Shown here in pieces: positions 40,701 through 64,000 of a stretch of DNA of 64,000 nucleotides. Origin of the DNA: Tubiluchus corallicola (Eukaryota > Animalia > Priapulida); the NCBI GenBank assembly GCA_030141605.1, contig JAQGDQ010000188.1, positions 62,001 to 126,000 of the forward strand, written 5' to 3'. Position numbers and translations under genes: made by a program. The stretch's first letter is position 1. Every line of letters starts with the position of its first letter. The notes under the pieces were generated by a model that made no database searches, had not been told where the DNA came from, and was given only the letters and a program-made list of their open reading frames with translations.

Positions 40701-41373
40701 AGTGTTTACCTCAAAACTTACCATTATCTGAATAAAATCAATGCTCAATATCTGTATCCAGCATGCTGACAAGCATAACACGATTGTTAACTCCAGTAGA
40801 ACAAAGTGTATTATATTTATTAACAACCAGACTTTAATTAACTTACCTAGAATTATAATTAATGGTACAGCGTTAAATTGAACAGATGAGGTGGGTCATC
40901 TGGTTTCAAACTAACATCAAAGCTTAATCAAATCGCTCTAATATGGAGAAAAGATTTTATTTCATCTGTTAATACTACATTGTGCTTCTTTAAGTCGGCA
41001 ACTGATAAACAAGTAATGTTTAAATTGTTTCGTGCTTACTGTTGCTCCTTCTATGGATATTCAATTAATCATTTATCAAAGAACTGTATGCCGACGCTAT
41101 TTAGAAATATAGAAATATAGAAAAGCACTGTGACGAAAATCTTGAACTTGCTTAGAAATTCTCATTCCAGCATGACATTGTGTGTTGCTGATGCATATCC
41201 TCTAAATATACTTTTCTTTTAAAGCTCTATTATAACATAAATATATTTGTTAATCCAGTTCTCTAATCATTGGCTGTGTTAAATAACAATACTAGTATAA
41301 GCATTCTAGGCACAAACGTATTAGGGCACACATGAACTACTATACTTATGTGTATATTGACTTATGGATATAT

Positions 41374-41417
<44 letters not shown>

Positions 41418-42517
41418 ATCTATTGACGTAATAGCATACATTCCATTCTGTATTCTGGACTTTGCATAATGAATATGTAATTGAAAGTTTGACTGTTAAT
41501 GATATTAATGAAATGTATGTACCAATGTAACATGGTGATGTACGTACTAAAGTATAACGTGTAATGCAACATTATGAGTGAATAAAAATAACATATATAT
41601 ATATATATATGGGCCTATTACGTGCTATGTAGATTCAGGCATACTAGAAGATTGTACACCAGATCCAGATGAGGAAGGTTTTACTCCCGCGGGAACATCG
41701 GATACCGGCTTAGAACCACCAAGCGATGGTTCTGCTGACCTGCCATTCATTGATCATGCTGTAGTTGTCATTGGTGATGGCATATTTGAAGGCACAGAAT
41801 TCTACATAATTCAGAATAGGTGATTAGAAAAATTGATTTAAATTTGTGTTGTTACTGATGGCTTCCTCTATTATTTTGCCTACAGGCGAGTGCTTGGATA
41901 TTTAGAGAATTAAATTATCATTTCTTTCAAAGCAGACCAGTGCCAAAATTCACATAATTCTTTGTGGTTACTCGCTTACAAAGAAACCAGTCTATTTCGG
42001 TCTTGTACGTGTAATAAGTTTTAGCCAGTTTTTATGTTGTGATGTCACAACAGTGTTACTACATATTCTAAATTTTTACAAAAATGGATCCATGACAATA
42101 ATAAATGCCGTTCTAAATGACACATTCAGGTAGTTAGACAAGAAAAAGCTGAATTAGCCAGTTGCCCAATGCTTCGAATTCCGAACTAGTGAAATTTTAA
42201 CACTTTAAAAGCAAAAATGTAAGTAAATATTAACGACTTGCTTCAAATTTGAGCAGAATAATTCAAAAAAACTTATTTGCAATTCTCGTGGTTTTTATTA
42301 TGAGTTTTCTTTGTTCCAACTGCTTGCGAAAGCTAAGAAGTCGATATTCTGATTAATCTTTTCATGCTGATTTTCTACTTTTTTCACGTGCAGTTGGGGC
42401 GTTAACGACCAGCCAGGTGGTTGGGGTGATCGTGGTCAGGCGCTGATCAAGAAAGGAGCTTGTGGAATAGGAACTTACGTCGTGCAACCAGATCTCGGAA
42501 CCTCCGGAGGAAACTGA
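30435..42517 (+). CDS. Papain-family (C1A) cysteine protease, divergent cathepsin L-like preproprotein, 9 exons, ~488 aa
   Basis: Exons 30435-30768, 34842-34981, 35677-35958, 37400-37432, 37877-38056, 39781-39875, 40252-40349, 41639-41819, 42394-42517 join in frame (1467 nt). Motifs: signal peptide, SPVYDQ-GDCGSCYAF, STQHVVDC..GCGGG, GPVIVGI, DHAVVVIG, QNSWG, WGDRG, CGI. Confidence 0.88.
31900..32230. repeat. Cluster of degenerate 'agcctagcc..tatacc / gggtata' subrepeats, probably an end of a repeat element
   Basis: gcctagcc or a variant recurs about 7-8 times, with tatacc/ggtata motifs on both strands. Confidence 0.55.
33560..33810 (-). mobile_element. LINE (non-LTR) endonuclease-domain relic in protease intron 1
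   Basis: Minus strand VNNNEHLMLDFRKVSDLKIVNGR, then after a frameshift GDFTWF...GQSTIDCVI, matching the APE-endonuclease C-terminal pattern N..G..L...C....L.I.NGR...G.FT....S.IDY. Confidence 0.6.
34842..34981 (+). CDS. C1A protease exon 2 (divergent I29-like prodomain)
   Basis: ttgtag| AGKIKGRNQLKSRSEYDKNKNLVKRLRKKWERGEITYPPNLPFEPFK |gttagt. Confidence 0.75.
35597..35626. repeat. (TA)n microsatellite
   Basis: Directly visible. Confidence 0.9.
35677..35958 (+). CDS. C1A protease exon 3 (end of prodomain, RRRKR, mature N-terminus to oxyanion Gln)
   Basis: ctttag| DRSEFAKTRLGL...STRRRKRAAAGLPPC...WDILGCMSPVYDQ |gtaaca. Confidence 0.85.
37400..37432 (+). CDS. C1A protease exon 4 (33-nt micro-exon with catalytic Cys)
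   Basis: tttctacag| GDCGSCYAFAT |gtgagt. Confidence 0.9.
37693..37770 (+). repeat. (CT)n microsatellite
   Basis: Directly visible. Confidence 0.95.
37877..38056 (+). CDS. C1A protease exon 5
   Basis: ctcag| MEALE..STQHVVDCSVYTNGCGGGLP..YQYI |gtaagc. Confidence 0.9.
39781..39875 (+). CDS. C1A protease exon 6
   Basis: ttctcag| AAAQTCKEND... |gtaagt. Confidence 0.8.
40252..40349 (+). CDS. C1A protease exon 7
   Basis: ttttag| ..IDQLLKTGPVIVGIWANNYKFLSYTI |gtaagt. Confidence 0.85.
41376..41415. repeat. (TA)n microsatellite
   Basis: Directly visible. Confidence 0.9.
41639..41819 (+). CDS. C1A protease exon 8 (catalytic His and Asn)
   Basis: GILEDC..acidic insert..IDHAVVVIGDG..YIIQN |gtgatt; acceptor is weak and ambiguous (41633 or 41639). 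Confidence 0.85.
42394..42517 (+). CDS. C1A protease exon 9
   Basis: gtgcag| SWGVNDQPGGWGDRGQALIKKGACGIG... TGA; AATAAA signals at ~42767 and ~42838. Confidence 0.88.
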
Positions 42518-44623
42518 ACATGCCGACTGCAAATGTTACTGGAATTAACAACTTACATCATAATAAATGTAATGAGAGACTATGTGGGACGCTCGCGCCT
42601 ATTTGCTATGTTCTTTGCTAAATTACTTTCTTTCGTTGCTATTACGCAAAAAGTGTTGGACTTCTCTAAAGAGCAAGTTACATGTACTATGCAAAGAAGA
42701 GAAATTTCTCTCCGAGAACTAGTTGTTTTAATTTATTGCGAAATTATAAAGGGTGTTCACTTTGTAAATAAAAGTTGATATATAATATTGGCTATAAGAA
42801 ATTTCAAAACATGACGCATTATAATTATATTGTCGGAAATAAAAAAAACTTTTATTGAATTTTACGGATGTGTTGTTTATTCAAAATTGTCCATCGCTTA
42901 AAAAATGCACTCAGCTCAATTTCGCCATTCATATTCTGAAATTAATTCGTGCAACGAATGTTAGCATTGTTGTGCAACTTTTCTCAACTGTAACAACAAC
43001 AACATAAGCTGTAAAAGTTGCAGAACAATATATTATATATAGGTATATATTGCCGTTTATGTGCATATACACGTACCGAAGTTTAAACTACAATAAAGCA
43101 AGTAGCCTACAAAGTTGAAATTTCACATTACACAGTACATTGCGAAGGTTACAACTTTATAGCTTTAGCAGTTTTTAAGTAAAAGCTTTTGCATGTTAAA
43201 AAATTAAATGCGAGAACAAGGTCAGCTAATTATCCATGTTGACATATTTATTAAGCGTTCAATACATAACTGCAAAACAATATAGAAATCAACTACTAGT
43301 TTACGATGTCCTCATCGCAGCAAACAAAGCACTGAAAATTTGTTGTCAAGGAAAAAAATTAGATTTAATCCTTTGGTCTTGATTAAGGTATCTGGAATTC
43401 CCTTAAAGAGAAATTGTACGAATGACACCAGACAAAACGGTTTGATGAGAGGAAAGATCAAAAATTTTTAATTCTGGATCAAATTTCTGGCAAAACAAAG
43501 TATCTATATTTGCAAAGACACGTATTAATTAATGTACACATATAGTATGTTCATATGTAGTACTGTATGTATGCACGTATGTATTAATGTAGTACTTAAT
43601 ATAATCACAATGTCATTAAGCGAATGTTATATTTATGTGCAAGACCTTTATTGAGTTCCTTCACGGATTAGCGTCACGTCTGTCTGGCATCCTCTGTCGA
43701 CTTCCTGTGCACGTAATGCCCATAATTAACTGAGGGTCATTAAATCTAATATAGAACTGGTAATTAGCACGCCAAAATGTAATTAATACGCGCAAAAAGA
43801 CAATAATTCGTCTTACACTCAAGCAAAACGTACCGTAAAGCAAGCATGAAAAAGTGTTGTATTTAGTCGCAGTAAGATAGAATTAATTAAAAATCTAAAA
43901 GCTAAGTAAATGAAAAGAAACGTATTTATAAATCATATTCTGTATATTTAAAATGCTGGTAAGACACATCCAGGTATTGCATTGGACACTACTCACACTA
44001 GTAAGCGTAAAACGTATAAGGTATTCGTATTGCGTTTATTTATTATGTACTGACCTATCCAATATTTCGGTAAATAGAAGAACTGAATTTTCCTCGATGA
44101 TTACGAGGATGAACCAGTTTCATATCATTTAAAAAGTACGGTTTCATCATTTTATTTCAATTCCGATAATGTTTTACCCCTTTCATGCGCGTAATTCATA
44201 TACGCATCTAACGCTTAAATACGTCTAAAATACGATCGCCGTTCGTTTGCGGGACTTTCTCAGTTTTAATTAAAGCTCGCCAGAAGCTGCTTATGGCTCG
44301 TAGCAGCTTCGCACTCTTGGTCAATATAGGTGTTGTAATCCATTAACATGACTTCCTACCTAGATTCCCATTAATGTGTCTTGCCGCGGAAACATCAATA
44401 GAAGTTTTATATAAAGTGCTTCGTAGAACACGTGCAAGAAAGTCGAGGAGCAAGGCTATCATGGCTGCAACGTTGGATTACAATCAACGTGGATGTATTC
44501 AGTAAAGATTTTACCTGTACTGAAGAGCAGACATGCGCCAGGTATTAAAGTAAGAGACAATGCACGTTGCTGAGAACATTTGTACAGCGATGAAAGCTAA
44601 ATAACGCAACAGAATCTTGCAAT

Positions 44624-63123
<18,500 letters not shown>

Positions 63124-63359
63124 GTAAGGCAATCAAAATTAAATCCTGTAACAAGTAACAAAGACAAAATTTGCGCCACGGAGATGCTACGGATGTTCTT
63201 ACATTACTGATTTGTCAGTGGAGCAGGCCACACTGTTATGTATAGGCCCAATTGTACATTATGTACTAGCAAAGGCCTAGGTGAATAAAATGTAATACAT
63301 TCGGTCTACCTAGTACACTAAACCAGTTAACTCAATGGTCTAAATTGCCAATTAAACAC

Positions 63360-63491
63360 GATGAATGAATGAATGAATGAATGAATGAATAAACGAACAA
63401 ATGAATGAATGAGTGAGTGAGTGAAGGAAGGAAGGAAGGAAGAAAGAAAGAAACGGACGAATGAACGAATGAATGGGTGAATGAATAAATA
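63360..63491 (+). repeat. (GAAT)n/(GAGT)n/(GAAG)n compound tetranucleotide repeat
   Basis: Directly visible. Confidence 0.9.
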
Positions 63492-64000
63492 AAGCAACGT
63501 TTTTTGTTGCTAGATAGTACTTGTCACTAATTTTTAAAACCGATTTATAAGACATTTTATAAGTTCCTAAAATTATTACATTCATAAAATTTACACACGT
63601 TTTTCTCATATTGTGCTCTGTCAATCATGGCCAGTTCTTTCGAACAACTTTAAATTTCAGCAATGACTGTTTTTTGATATTTTTTTAAATTTAATGCCAA
63701 ACAATTATGATCTAAGAGATAGGTTTACACTTAATACTCGCGTGAAAAAAATCGCTAGAAATTACCTAAGCGCACACGAAAAATGCTCGCGCCGCGGGAG
63801 TATTAAACTGACCTTTCGCAAATCTTTATAATGATAATTGTAACATTAAGTTTCAGACAGAATAAGCGATTGATGATGATCGTGAAAAGGTCAAAGGTTA
63901 AGTGTATCAGACAAAGAATTTGTGTACACTTACAACACCTCGCAGCCATTGGTATTGTAATACTAACAGTAATAACAACTAGCTAGAGCCTTACATAGTT

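Overview
AT-rich, intron-rich animal (probably invertebrate) genomic DNA, not prokaryotic. Four spliced genes can be reconstructed by hand with consistent GT-AG boundaries and reading-frame phases. (1) A 5-coding-exon claudin/PMP22-superfamily tetraspan gene (+, 7538-16145, ~359 aa). (2) A convergent 2-exon secreted protein (-, 22970-20819, ~358 aa): signal peptide, angiopoietin-like 'CxxxFxVP..C' N-terminus, long coiled coil and C-terminal H-type lectin domain. (3) A 9-exon divergent papain-family (C1A) cysteine protease (+, 30435-42517, ~488 aa) with an intact Q/C/H/N catalytic set, a very basic prodomain, an RRRKR furin-type site before the mature domain, a 33-nt in-frame catalytic micro-exon and an acidic loop insertion. 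(4) A pappalysin (PAPP-A-like) metzincin (+, from 44624, at least 17 exons, running off the window end). Intergenic and intronic DNA holds an internally deleted Academ-type DNA transposon with ~0.9-kb inverted arms, a MADF exon beside a 20-bp tandem array (Harbinger-like), two MITEs, LINE relics, a tRNA-like SINE head and several microsatellites. All family assignments come from motif recognition, not database searches.
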